Source: Macrostomum lignano
Lineage: Eukaryota
Length of the DNA stretch: 64,000 nucleotides
Assembly (NCBI GenBank): GCA_002269645.1
Contig: NIVC01003332.1
Location: forward strand, 1 to 64,000
Direction of reading: 5' to 3'
The notes below the pieces were generated by a model that saw only the letters and a list, made by a program, of their open reading frames with translations, did no database searches and was not told the origin of the DNA. The position numbers and the translations under genes are program-made. Below, one piece after another: positions 45,170 through 58,175 of the stretch (position 1 is its first letter; every line of letters starts with the position of its first letter).

Positions 45170-48100
45170 CTGGGATCTGCCAGCTCTGAGCACTAACCGA
45201 ACTTCCCACGAGAAGCCGAGGCAGCAGCAGCAGCAGCAGCTGGTGCCAATTCGTGCCGAATCTCTCGACGATCACCGATCGATGTCGAGTCCAAGCGATA
45301 ACGACGAGAGAATCCGCAGCCTGGAGACTCGCCTGCGAGTTGCTGAGAAGTCCAATCGAGCTCTGCTTGAGGAGGTGGTCCGGCTGCAGTCGGAGCTCAA
45401 GGTGGTCTCCCGCAAGGGCGAGGACGCGCTGCGGGATGAGCGCCGGGCCAGACAGATGCTGGAGGGGGCTGTGAAGAGCAGCGGAGATCTGGTGAATCAG
45501 CTGGCACAGCGGCTGCGGACTCAGGTGAGTGAGCAGCTTGATTTTTGGTCTGGCTCAGTGCCTGTCTCAGTGTCTGTCTCAGTGACTGTCTCAGTGCCTG
45601 TCTCAGTGACTGTCTCAGTGCCTGTCTCAGTGCCTTTCTCTGTCTCAGTGTCTGTCTCAGTGCCTTTCTCTGTCTCAGTGCCTGTCTCAGTGACTGTCTC
45701 AGTGCCTGTCTCAGTGTCTGTCTTAGTGTCTGTCTCAGTGTCTGTCTCAGTGTCTGTCTTAGTGTCTGTCTCAGTGTCTGTCTCAGTGCCTGTCTCAGTG
45801 TCTGTCTCAGTGTCTGTCTCAGTGCCTGTCTCAGTGTCTGTCTCAGTGTCTGTCTCAGTGTCTGTCTCAGTGTCTGTCTCAGTGCCTGTCTCAGTGCCTG
45901 TCTCAGTGTCTGTCTTAGTGTCTGTCTCAGTGTCTGTCTCAGTGCCTGTCTCAGTGTCTGTCTCAGTGCCTGTCTCAGTGACTGTCTCAGTGTCTGTCTC
46001 AGTGCCTTTCTCTGTCTCAGTGCCTGTCTCAGTGACTGTCTCAGTGCCTGTCTCAGTGCCTTTCTCTGTCTCAGTGCCTGTCTCAGTGTCTGTCTCAGTG
46101 TCTGTCTCAGTGCCTGTCTCAGTGTCTGTCTTAGTGTCTGTCTCAGTGTCTGTCTTAGTGTCTGTCTCAGTGTCTGTCTTAGTGTCTGTCTCAGTGCCTG
46201 TCTCAGTGTCTGTCTCAGTGTCTGTCTCAGTGCCTGTCTCAGTGTCTGTCTCAGTGCCTGTCTCAGTGCCTGTCTCAGTGCCTGTCTCAATGCCTGTCTC
46301 AGTGTCTGTCTCAGTGTCTGTCTCAGTTCAGTCACTTAAAGTGCGCCAGGTGCACACAGCCCCTGTCTCAAATGAGAAACTATTTGTGCAAGTGCCCCAG
46401 TACCTGCTCAACGCTCCCCCAACGCCGAACCTGCAGGAGGACCGCCTGGCCGAAGAGCGGTCGCGGCTGGACAACCTGGCCGAGGCCGGGTCCCGCAAGG
46501 AGGCTCAGCAGGCTCGCGTGACCGCCATGGAGCGCGAGCTGGAGGCGCTCGAGCAGGCCAGGACGCGCGCCGAGCGCCAGACGGCGCGCCTGCTCGAGGA
46601 GATGCGCAACCTGCGGGCTCGAGTTGAGGACCACCAGCGGACCGGCCAGCAGCAGCAGCAGCCTCGGGCGCGGCACTCTTCAGCCCAGGAGAAGCTTCAG
46701 GATCTCGACGAACAACTGCCCAACGATGGCGGCGATTTGAGGCGCGAGATTGTCGACTTGAGGTCGCGAGTTCGAGCCGAAGCCGAAGAACGGCGGCGAC
46801 TGGAGCAGCGACTGGACGAGCGGCTGACTGAGGCGCTGAAGACGGCCGGGACTGAGCAGCAACCGGGGCTGGGGGCCACCGACCGGCTCGCGCTGCAGGT
46901 GAGCTGGAGTGACATTGAAGGCTAGAGTGACATTGGGAGGCTGGAGTGACATTGGGAGGCTGGAGTGACATTGAGAGGCTGGAGTGACATTGATAGGCTG
47001 GAGTGACATTGAAGGCTAGAGTGACATTGGGAGGCTAGAGTGACATTGGGAGGCTGGAGTGACATTGAGAGGCTGGAGTGACATTGAGAGGCTGGAGTGA
47101 CATCGGTAGGCTGGCGTAAATTTTAAGTGCTAGAGTGACAGTGGGGTGCTTGAGTGAAGTGGAGAAAGTGTGAAAAATCCGGCAGAGTGAAAATGGCCAG
47201 CAGAGTGCCAATATTCATCAGAGTGACGATAGCCAGCAGAGTGACAATGGCAGCAAAGTGACAATAGCCAGCAGAGTGACAATATCTAGCAGAGTGACAA
47301 TATCCATCAGAGTGACAATATCCATCAGAGTGACAATATCCAGCAGAGTGACAATATCTAGCAGAGTGACAATATCCATCAGAGTGACAATATCCATCAG
47401 AGTGACAATATCCATCAGAGTGACAATATCCAGCAGAGTGACAATATCCAGCAGAGTGACAATATCTAGCAGAGTGACAATACATTTGACTTAATCCAGA
47501 CTCCTTCCCGCTCCATCGCACCACGCAGGCCCGCATTCAGGAGGCGGCGGAGGGCCTGAACCAGCGCATCCTGGAGAAGGAGGTCCGCCTGCGGGAGGAC
47601 GCGGCCCGCAGCCAGGCGGAGGCTGAGCGCCTCATCTTGCGCGAGCAGGAGGCCCGCCTGACCCAGGAGCGAGAGCAGCGGCACCAGCAGGAGCAGCGCT
47701 GGGAGGCGTTGCGCAAAGCTCAGGAGGAGGAGCTGGCCGGAGCCCGCCGGGCCCAGCGGGCGGAGCTGGCGGAGGCGGCCGAGGCGACTCGCGCGCTGCA
47801 GGAGGCTGTGCAGGCGATGGAGCGTCGAATCCAGGTACGGATGCTGGGCCTGACTGAGCCGCGATGCTTGAAAACTGGCTCCATCTCCCATCTCCCCTTC
47901 CATCTCCCCTCTCCCATCTCCCCTCTCCCATCTCCCATCTCCCATCTCCACCTCTCCCATCTCCCCCTCTCTCATCTCCCCTCTCCTATATCCCCTCTCC
48001 CATCTCCCCTCTCCCATCTCCCCTCTTCTATCTCCCCTTCTCTCATCTCCCCCTCTCCCATCTCCCCCTCTCCCATCTCCCATCTCCCCCTCTCTCATCT

Positions 48101-51100
48101 CCCATCTCCCCCTCTCTCATCTCCCATCTCCCCCTCTCTCATCTCCCCTCTCCCATCTCCCCTCTCCCATCTCCCCTCTCCCATCTTCCATCTCCTATCT
48201 CCCCCTCTCTCATCTCCCATCTCCCATCTCCCATCTTCCATCTCCCATCTCCCATCTCCCATCTCCCATCTCCCATCTCCCCTCTCCCATCTCCCCCTCT
48301 CCCATCTCCCATCCCCCATCTCCCCTCTCCCATCTCCCCCTCTCCCATCTCCCCTCTCCCATCTCCCCTCTCCCATCTCCCATCTCCCATCTCCCATCTC
48401 CCCCTCTCTCATCTCCCCTCTCCCATCTCCCCTCTCCCATCTTCCCCTCTCCCATCTCTTCTGCCCCATCTTCCGCTCCTTAACCTGACTCCCCATTCTT
48501 GGCCTACCTCCTACGTTTCTCCCTTTCTCGTTTCCACGAATTCCCCTCACATGGTGACATCATCCTGCCTCTTTCCAGGAGCTCACAGATCGAGACTCCA
48601 AAGGCGGCAAGAGCAGCGAAGATGAGTCGCGCCTGCGGCAGCAGCTGACTGCCAGAGTCCAGGAGCTGGAGGCCCGACTGTCCAGCAGCTCGAGTGCTCT
48701 GTCTGCTGAGGTGGCCGAACTTGCCAGACGGGTTCGTTCGGCCAATTCTGCTGGAGCGGTGAGTGGCAGCTTGGATCTTGAATCGTGTCACCTGTTAGAC
48801 AGGATTGCGTCATCTGTTAGACAGGATTGTGTCACCTGTTAGACAGGATTGTGTCACCTGCTAGACAGGATTGTGTCACCTGCTAGACAGGATTGTGTCA
48901 CCTGTTAGACAGAATTGTGTCACCTGTTAGACAGGATTGTGTCACCTGTTAGACAGGATTGTGTCACCTGTTAGACAGGATTGTGTCACCTGTTAGACAG
49001 GATTTTGTCACCTGTTAGACAGGATTGTGTCACCTGCTAGACAGGATTTTGTCACCTGTTAGACAGGATTGTGTCACCTGCTAGACAGGATTGTGTCACC
49101 TGTTAGACAGGATTGTGTCACCTGTTAGACAGGATTGTGTCACCTGTTAGACAGGATTGTGTCACCTGTTAGACAGGATTGTGTCACCTGTTAGACAGGA
49201 TTGTGTCACCTGTTAGACAGGACTGTCACCTATTTATCAACTGAAGCTGTCAATCAATCGCTAATCCCCGCTCGCAAATGGCCAGAGCAAGAACCAATGG
49301 GAATCGCTGTTGGAGGACTACCGCAGGGAGACGGGCAGGCGGATCGCGGGCACGGAGGAGCAGCTGCAGGCGGTCAAGTCACGCCTGGATCGGATGGACG
49401 AGAGGCTGGGCGGTCGGATGGGGGAGGTGAGTTGGCTGAGTCGGAGTGAATGAATAGAGTTAACGGTAGGGCTGGGTGTTAGAGAGTTGTTTAGTGACTG
49501 TCACGGGGTGATTGGTGAACCGTGAGACTCATAGAATACAGTGACTGAGTAGCTGAGCGGCTGAGTAGCGTAGTAACTAAGTAGCTGAGTAGCTGAGCAG
49601 CTGAGAAACTGAGTAGCTGAGTAGCTGAGCAGCTGAGTAACTGAGTAGCTGAGTGACTGAGCGGCTGAGTGACTGAGCGGCTGAGTGACTGAGCGGCTGA
49701 GTGACTGAGCGGCTGAGGGACTGAGCTGCTGAATGGCTGAATAACTCTGACTGGCTGAGAGTTGCATTATAGAATCGATTACAAATGACATTCGATAGGT
49801 AATTTTTTAATTCCGTCACGGTGAAAACATTTTATTACCATAGTTACTAGCATGAGCTTTTCTTCTCATTTAACTGGAATCTGAAAACGAATGTATTCGC
49901 TTTTTTGCATTTCAAGCTCAAACAGAAACAAGAGGTAAAAATTCATGCAAAATATTTATTTTCCCACTTTTATACTCGAACTGTATCCCTCGCTTTCATA
50001 TTAATACTCGTAATATTTATTAGCACTGTTAGTGTTAGTTAAAATTCGAGTTTAATAGTTTGTTAACTTAGTTAGCAATCATTTTTGAGCAATAAACTCA
50101 CCTTTAAAACGTTTATTATTATTGCGTGCTGCAGTGATGAGTTCGCTTATTTTTCAAGCAAGTTTAGTTTTTTAAGTTTTTTTTGCCTTTTAGCTTCATT
50201 CCGCTAAAACGGTATTTGAATCGTGAATATATATAAATTTCAGAGCAACGATTCGTTGATGAAGGAGATTCAAGAGAGGTTGGAAGCCATTTCGCAACGA
50301 TTGGGCCAGACTGAGGGTCACGTGACAGATTTAAAGTCTAAAAACGCCGCGGTCAACGACGGGGTGAGTCTTTCCATCAATAATTTTTTTATCATTCAGT
50401 TCAGATACTAAATAAAGTTGGTCTCAGCGAATCAAAATGGAGGAGGGTCGGGTTAGACTTTCTACCCCAGTTGGCGCGGCGGGTAGGGAGGGAGAGAGAG
50501 AAAGGTAGAGGGGTTGCATGGTGGTGACAGCCAATAAAAACGGCGGGGCAGGGTCAGACTTTTTAACCCGAGAGGCGCGAAGGAAAGGAAGTGGAGGCAG
50601 AGGTTGGGAAAGCATGGTTGCAGCCAATTAAAATGGGGGAGGGTTTAGAGCAGACCTTTTAACCTTAAAGGCGCAGGGGCATAGGAAGTGAGAAAAGGGA
50701 TAACTGCCGCCGATCTAAAACAGGGCAGGGTTTAAAGCAGACTTTCTACCCCGAGAGGCACGGGTTATCATGCGCCCACTCTCCCTTTCTCTCCCTCCCT
50801 CCCTGCCTATGGTGACAGCCAATAAAACACGGGGCAGGGTTTAGGGCAGACTGTCTACCCCGCGAGGCACGGGGGATAGGGAGGGAGGGAGAGAAAGGAA
50901 GAGGAAGTACATGGTGGTGATAGCCAATCAAAACGGGGCAGGGTTTAGGGCAGGCTTTCTACCCCAGAACTAGCGCAAAGGATGTAGAAAGTTAAAGAAA
51001 GGCAGAGAAAGGGAACGCAAGCAACTAATCGTAAACGGACGGTTGATCATATCTAAAAACAAATCGAACACAACAAATGCTATGGGCTGTTTTCACCGAA

Positions 51101-51471
51101 CTGTATTGCAGGTCCACCGAAACTCGGATCAGATAACAGCCTTGATGGAGGATCTCAGCCTCCGTGTTGGCTCAGAGATAGCTGGCCGAGTGCAGGACAC
51201 AGATTCGATTCGGGTCGAACTGGAGAGGCTTAAAGCTTCATCATCAGTCGGAGGAGGCGACTCGAGCGGTCTCAAACGCGAACTGGAGGAGTGCCAGGCG
51301 TTGGTCAGAAAGTTAGCCGAAGTTGTGCAAACTGTGAAAACTGTGCTTGGCATGAAGATTCAATCGGAGCAGAAGCTGAGAATGGCCGAGCTCAAGGGCA
51401 TGCAGGAGGAGATGAAGCAGCATAGCGGGAAGCTGGACCAGCTGGCTAGCAAAGTTAATGGCAAGAAGTGA
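45170..51471 (+). CDS. Long coiled-coil protein, CCDC154-like
   Basis: Exons 45170-45524 (LETRLRVAEKSNRALLEEVVRLQSEL), 46437-46898, 47529-47834, 48579-48758, 49286-49426, 50244-50363 and 51112-51471 (LAEVVQTVKTVLGMKIQSEQKLR). All junctions among these are phase 0. A 29-nt upstream exon at 43884-43912 fits the phase-2 acceptor at 45170. The start codon was not located. The gene model is strong, while the family name is from recall only. Confidence 0.75.
45555..46330. repeat. 12-nt minisatellite (GTGTCTGTCTCA)n, intron
   Basis: Between donor CAG|GTGAGT (45525) and acceptor CTGCAG| (46436). Confidence 0.97.
46905..47480. repeat. Two GAGTGAC-core arrays (19-nt GGAGTGACATTGGGAGGCT; 18-nt AGAGTGACAATATCCAGC) in one intron
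   Basis: Read directly, 46905-47105 and ~47200-47480. Confidence 0.93.
47880..48465. repeat. (CCCATCT/CCCCTCT)n low-complexity array, intron
   Basis: Read directly. Confidence 0.95.
48785..49230. repeat. 22-nt minisatellite (TGTGTCACCTGTTAGACAGGAT)n, intron
   Basis: Read directly. Contains the hairpin CCTGT-TAG-ACAGG. Confidence 0.97.
49545..49760. repeat. 8-nt-based repeat (CTGAGTAG/CTGAGCGG/CTGAGTGA), intron
   Basis: Read directly. Confidence 0.85.
50430..51000. repeat. Diverged ~95-100-nt tandem repeat (5-6 copies), intron
   Basis: Recurring CCAATAAAA...GGGGCAGGGTTTAG.GCAGAC blocks near 50531, 50624, 50715, 50820 and 50924. Confidence 0.75.
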
Positions 51472-51534
51472 TTGGCTTTGAGTGACTTGAATTGTGCCAA
51501 CTGCCTTCGGTATTTAGTGGCTCTGTTCTCTACC

Positions 51535-52100
51535 TGTTTCCCTGTTTTTCCACTGTTCTTCCCTGTTCTTCCCCTGTTCTTCCCCTGTTATTCCCCTGTT
51601 CTTCCCCTGTTCTTCCCCTGTGCTTCCCCTGTTCTTCTTTTCTTCCCCTGTTCTTCCCTGTTCTTCCCCTGTTCTTCCCTTGTTCTTCCCCCGTTCTCCT
51701 GTTCTTCCCCTGTTCTTCCCTTGTTCTTCCCCCGTTCTCCTGTTCTTCTCCTGTTCTTCCCCTGTTCTTCCCCTGTTCTTCGCCTGTTCTTCCCTTGTTA
51801 TTCCCCCGTTCTCCTGTTCTTCCCCTGTTCTTCCCCTGTTCTTCCCCCGTTCTTCTCCTGTTCTTCCCCTGTTCTTCCCTTGTTCTTCCCCCGTTCTCCT
51901 GTTCTTCTCCTGTTCTTCCCCTGTTCTTCCCCTGTTCTTCCCCTGTTCTTCGCCTGTTCTTCCCTTGTTATTCCCCCGTTCTCCTGTTCTTCCCCTGTTC
52001 TTCCCTTGTTATTCCCCCGTTCTCCTGTTCTTCCCCTGTTCTTCCCCTGTTCTTCCCCTGTTCTTCCCATGTTCTTTCCTTGTTCTTCGCCTGTTATTCA
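51535..52100. repeat. Pyrimidine-rich 11-nt repeat (CCCCTGTTCTT)n
   Basis: Read directly. Confidence 0.93.
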
Positions 52101-52384
52101 GCCGCTCACCCTCCACTCTCCTCTGTCCCCATTCAGTTCTCCATTAAGTGCTGTTCTTAACTACAATATCTTTGTTTTATGCTGCAATGTAAACTTCTGT
52201 AGCTTATCTATCTGTTTGTTTCCATCCCAAGCACACAGAGGAATACATATTTATAAGTGTGTCTCTCTATCAAAATCAATGTTAAATACGAAACAGAATA
52301 TTTTAACTAGCCTGTAAAATTTCGTATTATGTATTTATCTAAGCTATTTACCTGTTGTGACATTGTTACCGGACCCTGCTTTAG

Positions 52385-53696
52385 TACGAGGGCTGCTTAA
52401 TAAGTTCGCGGAAAAACATACTTATAGTTATCGCACAGTCGTGAAATTTTACACACACTTAGCCCAACCTAATGGCACTTCTCAACATAGTCCCCAGCCA
52501 GATCAACGCATTTCTTCATCCGATGAAACCACGCCGCAAAGCAGTCCCTCAATTCCGCCTTTGTGACGGCTTCCAGCTCCGCATTCAACGCCTGTTCCAG
52601 CTCCTCACGAGTGTCGAAGCGCTTCCCCTTCAGATTTTTTTTGATCTTCGGAAAGAGAAAGAAGTCTGCAGGCGCGAGGTCGGGCGAGTAGGCCGGATGC
52701 GGCAGCAGAGTCAGCTCAGTTGATGCCAAGAACTGCTGCGTGACACTGGCTCTGTGAGCGGGCGCGTTGTCGTGGTGCAGGAAAATGCCGCGATCTCTGG
52801 TCTTTGGCCGTTCTCGACGCAGGAATTCCAGCACCTGCGGCAGGCAGACACTGGAGTACCAGCTGCCAGTCACTGTGGCTCCCTCCTCGAGCAGAACGGG
52901 CGGCAGAATTCCGCACCGACGGAAAAACACCGCAGCCATCACTTTGCCGACGCTTCGCTCGCGACGAAATTTCAAGGGCGAATCCTCCTCAAAGGCGACC
53001 CACTGCTTGCTCTGTACTTTTGTCTCGGGATCATAAAAGTACACCCACGTTTCATCACCTGTGAGGATGCCGTCCACCAAATTTGAGGCGCCTGCGTCGA
53101 ACTTGTCGAGCATGAAATTCGCAAAATCCACGCGGGCCTGCATCTGAGCCGGCTTCAGTTGATGAGGGACCCAGCGAGCTGACACCTTCCTCATGCCGAG
53201 GTGATCGTGCAAGATAGTAATGACGCTTGAATCCGATCCCGACATGTTTTTCGATTTCCCGAATCGTCACTCGGCGGTCTGCATCGAGCAGCTTTCGGAC
53301 ACTGGCCACAGTCGTGTCCGAGATGGACGAATTTGGACGGCCTTCACGTTCATCATCGTCCAGCTCCAGACAGCCGGAGCGGAATCGACCGAACCACTTG
53401 TACACCATCGTCTGGGATGGGGCTTCACTCTCAAGGGCCTTTTGAAGCGTCTGCAAGCATTCGGAGGCAGACAGACCAAGCCGGAATTGGACCAGAATTG
53501 CGACTCGCCTGTCGCGCTCAGTCAGGCGCAGCACTGGAGCGGGGGTTTCATCACTTCTTCGGCCACTGCGTCGCAACATTTTGGCCAAACTGGCTGAAAA
53601 TTTGTGTGAAAGGTGCCAATATCTGAAGGAAAAAGTTCATAAAATTTCGTTTGATTCGCTTGAAGATAAGTTTGGTTTTCCGCGAACTTATTAAGC
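52385..53696 (-). mobile_element. mariner (DD34D) DNA transposon with a frameshifted transposase
   Basis: TA + CGAGGGCTGCTTAATAAGTTCGCGGAAAA at 52385-52415, with the inverted partner TTTTCCGCGAACTTATTAAGC at 53676-53696. The N-terminal HTH part is in ORF 53055-53588 and the catalytic part in ORF 52469-53245 (WVPHQL, GDETW, HDNAPAH, YSPDLAPAD). I count exactly 34 residues between the last two Asp. Confidence 0.95.
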
Positions 53697-54382
53697 TTAT
53701 TAAGCTTATTAAACTTATTAAGGTATTTACACCCCGCTCTGCATCAAGTACGTGGGCGAAAGGCTAGGCTTGGTCTCGGACTTTGAACTTTTTGTTTAAA
53801 TTTGCAGCGCGCCTCAGAGAAATTTTTTTCGATTTTTTTTGATAAAATACACTCGAACATTAACAAAATTATATAAATAATTTTTCAAACTGATCAAACT
53901 GCTCACACAGGGTGTACAGGGGCCCTGACTTTCTAATCGTCAGGCATGTACAGACTCTGTGCCTTTGGGGGTTGGCCCTCACGGCTGCGAATCGCACGAC
54001 AACCGGATGCCTTGTGCAACTAACCGCGGCAAAATCAGCTTAACTTTCAGCTGCCTCAGAGCTTTCAATCTCTCAAATACTTCAACATCACATTCGCTCA
54101 GCGATGCACATTGCCTGATTGAACAACGATAAGAAGCGGACAGACCTCTAGCAAAAGATGGAAAATCGGATAAGATCTTCTGCACAACAGAATTTAAAGC
54201 AAGTCAACCCTTACCGATCGGGTTGCATAGTTGCCCAAGGTTGAAAAAGTTTAGAAATACTACACAGGTATCCAGTAAAACATGAATGTTGAACATAGTT
54301 TTCGCAAGCTCACCAGCTTCATCGAAGTGCTGCTGATTCTACTTACTTGCGGTAAAAACTTGAATTAAATAAAGCTTTTACC

Positions 54383-54383
<1 letters not shown>

Positions 54384-54422
<39 letters not shown>

Positions 54423-54439
54423 GGTCTGTCTGTCTGTCG

Positions 54440-54486
<47 letters not shown>

Positions 54487-54675
54487 GGTCTTAGTGTCTG
54501 TCTGTCTGTCTGTCTATCTGTCTGTCTGTCTGTCTGTCTGTCTGTCGGTCTTAGTGTCTGTCTGTCTGTCTGTCTGTCTGTCAGTCTTAGTGTCTGTCTG
54601 TCGGTCTTAGTGTCTGTCTGTCTGTCTGTCTGTCTGTCAGTCTTAGTGTCTGTCTGTCTGTCTGTCTGTCTGTCG

Positions 54676-54734
<59 letters not shown>

Positions 54735-54802
54735 GGTCTTAGTGTCTGTCTGTCTGTCTGTCTATCTGTCTGTCTGTCTGTCTGTCTGTCTGTCGGTCTT
54801 AG

Positions 54803-54839
<37 letters not shown>

Positions 54840-54840
54840 G
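54384..54840. repeat. (TGTC)n microsatellite with TCTTAG interruptions
   Basis: Read directly, cadherin intron 1. Confidence 0.97.
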
Positions 54841-55499
54841 CATACTTGATGCATGATTGACAAAGGAGTTTATTACTTCCAGTCTGTTGCTTCGCGGATG
54901 CCGCCGGTCCCTGCGAGTACTTCGATGGATCTGGCCGGGTGCAGCTCGAGCTGCAGTTCACGGAATCCTACGGTGGTGAGAGCTGCCTTAGAAGGTGTAC
55001 ATCGTGCCCTCACTGACCCCACTATCTCCTGTCCATATTCGTTTGAACTTGTTGGTGGCTTTTGTGCGATTCACACAACCATGAGGGCCAGCTCTCAAAA
55101 CACAGAGAGTTTACATACCTTACGATTAGAAAGTCAGGGCCACTGTGCACCCTGTGTGATTAGGACATCCCAAGTGACCTTCATTCGTACCTACAGGCAG
55201 GGACGGCGACCATCTGCCAACGCTTGGCGAGGTCAGGCCAATTTCTGAGATCTACGGCAAAGTCAGGCACTTGAACAGCAGCGCGTCAGCGGCTACTAAA
55301 GAGACTGTGTGGCTGCGCCCTTGGGACGACAAGCGAGAGAATCGATGGCACAATGGCAGTCAGTTCAGGCCGTTGGAAGTCTACTTTAAATGGACAATTG
55401 ACCGCGGAGTGATGATGCTTCGGCTCAAACAGGGCATTGATAGAGAGGTTTGGATTGGCGCAGATTTTGAGTTTTCATGCTTATTCAATTTTCTTGCAA

Positions 55500-56075
55500 C
55501 CTGTCTAACAGGTGGGATAACAGCTGATGAGCCTGTCTAACAGATGGGATAACAGCTGATGAGCCTGTCTAACAGGTGGGATAACAGCTGATGAGCCTGT
55601 CTGACAGATCGGATAACAGCTGATGAACCTGTCTAACAGATGGGATAACAGCTGATGAGCCTGTCTAACAGATGGGATAACAGCTGATGAGCCTGTCTAA
55701 CAGATGGGATAACAGCTGATGAGCCTGTCTAACAGGTGGGATAACAGCTGATGAGCCTGTCTAACAGATGGGATAACAGCTGATGAGCCTGTCTAACAGG
55801 TGGGATAACAGCTGATGAGCCTGTCTAACAGATCGGATAACAACTGATGAACCTGTCTAACAGGTGGGATAACAGCTGATGAGCCTGTCTGACAGATCGG
55901 ATAACAACTGATGAACCTGTCTAACAGGTGGGATAACAGCTGATGAGCCTGTCTAACAGATCGGATAACAACTGATGAACCTGTCTAACAGGTGGGATAA
56001 CAGCTGATGAGCCTGTCTGACAGATCGGATAACAACTGATGAACCTGTCTAACAGGTGGGATAACAGCTGCATAA
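55500..56075. repeat. 32-nt minisatellite (CTGTCTAACAGGTGGGATAACAGCTGATGAGC)n
   Basis: Read directly. Confidence 0.97.
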
Positions 56076-56459
56076 CCTGTTCGAGCTTCATTTGACAATT
56101 TCTTTCAGATCCTGAACATCTACACAGCAGGCAGTCCCGGCGTCACGAGCTCTGACGCTGCAATCTGGTTTCACATCGAGTGCACACCGGACTCCCCGAA
56201 ATTCTCCCAGCGTGTAAGACAAACAAACTCTTTTTATGCCGACTTCTTTTCTTAAAACACAAGTCCTCATTTTGTATGTGCAATCAAATTTCAGAACTTC
56301 ACTGTCAAAGTGCATGTTATTGATGTAAACGACAAGGCGCCTCAGTTTTATAACAGCTCCATGAATACCAATGAGACAATGAAAAACTTCTCTATCACTG
56401 TGAGAGAGGTAACTATTAAATTGGACTGGAGATGGACTGGCTGAGACACGGAATGATAA

Positions 56460-56474
56460 ATTAGATAGATAGAT

Positions 56475-56557
<83 letters not shown>

Positions 56558-56588
56558 GGATAGATAGATAGATAGATAGATAAATAAC

Positions 56589-56674
<86 letters not shown>

Positions 56675-56769
56675 CATAGATAGATAGATAGATACATAGA
56701 TAGATACATGGATTGACAGTCACACAGAGAGACAGACAGACAGATAGACAGACAGACAGACAGCCACTA

Positions 56770-56850
<81 letters not shown>

Positions 56851-56912
56851 CAGGCAGGCAGACAGACAGACAGGCAGACAGACAGACAGGCAGACAGACA
56901 GACAGACAGACA
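56460..56912. repeat. (GATA)n followed by (GACA)n microsatellites
   Basis: Read directly. Confidence 0.97.
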
Positions 56913-57711
56913 GCTGAGCCTGCCCCAACCTCACAGGGCACCCCCAGCAACATGCCGGTATTCAGCGGGCTGTCAGTCAGAGACGCAGACGCGGGCCCGA
57001 ACGCGCAGGTTGTGGCCTTCATGCATCGCCACTCGCTGTTCCGGCTGGCCGACAACTCGCCGGAGATTCGCCTGGTCACCAAGTCGGCCGTTCATTACGA
57101 GTACTTCGGGTCGCAACCAGCCGGAGTTCGAATTGATGTAGTCATTGTTGCTGTGGTGAGTGGCCTGCTGTTTCTCTTGGATTGGAGGCGAGGAGCGAGG
57201 GGCTGGGTTGGCAAATACTGAAAATGAAAATCAATAATTGGGGATGGCTGCGGGCACCCGGGATCGCACGACAACCCCCACTGGTCAACCATGAATGTGC
57301 ACATGGCCTTGCAAGGGGATTCGAAACAGGGGTCGTGGCGCGAGAGTCAGACAGGAAGGGTATTAAGGTGGATTGTGGAGGCTATAAGGAGGTAAGGAAG
57401 TGTCCAGCAATGTACTGGTGACGCAAAGACTATACGGGACCCTGCAATACTCGGCAGGACTCCCCAGTGAACAAGTAGATGGCGCTGACCAGTCAGATTC
57501 ACATCAGGGTGGCCATCGCAGAGGACGACGACCCGCCGCCAAGTTTCGAAGTGCCCGGCTGTTTCCGGCACAGCGGCCGCTGCATCCGGCCAACCTACTT
57601 TGCTCAGGGCGCTGGCGGCGGAGTCAATGTGAGTACATGCATGCAGGCGAGCATGCCGCCCAGATCAGGCGCGAAATTTATTATTCATGATATTGGGGTG
57701 TTTGCGGCCTT

Positions 57712-58175
57712 CCTGACACCCAAAGTAGTGACTCACCTGACACCCAAAGTAGTGACTCACCTGACACCCAAAGTAGTGACTCACCTGACACCCAAAGAAG
57801 TGACTCACCTGACACCCAAAGTAGTGACTCACCTGACACCCAAAGAAGTGACTCACCTGACACAGAAAGTAGAGACTCAACTGACACCCAAAGTGGTGGC
57901 TCACCTGACACAGAAAGTAGAGACTCAACTGACACCCAAAGAAGTGACTCACCTGACACCCAAAGTAGTGGCTCACCTGACACAGAAAGTAGAGACTCAA
58001 CTGACACCCAAAGAAGTGACTCACCTGACACCCAAAGTAGTGGCTCACCTGACACAGAAAGTAGAGACTCAACTGACACCCAAAGTAGTGGCTCACCTGA
58101 CACAGAAAGTAGAGACTCAACTGACACCCAAAGTAGTGACTTACCTGACACCCAGTGGATCACCTGACACCCAAA
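57712..58175. repeat. 24-nt minisatellite (CACCTGACACCCAAAGTAGTGACT)n
   Basis: Read directly, intronic after donor 57629. Confidence 0.95.

Noticed and set aside
45525-46436. VSVSVP-repeat segment within ORF 45243-46925
   Set aside because: Flanked by a canonical donor and acceptor in the same phase, and removal restores a continuous coiled-coil. In-frame retention is possible but unsupported.
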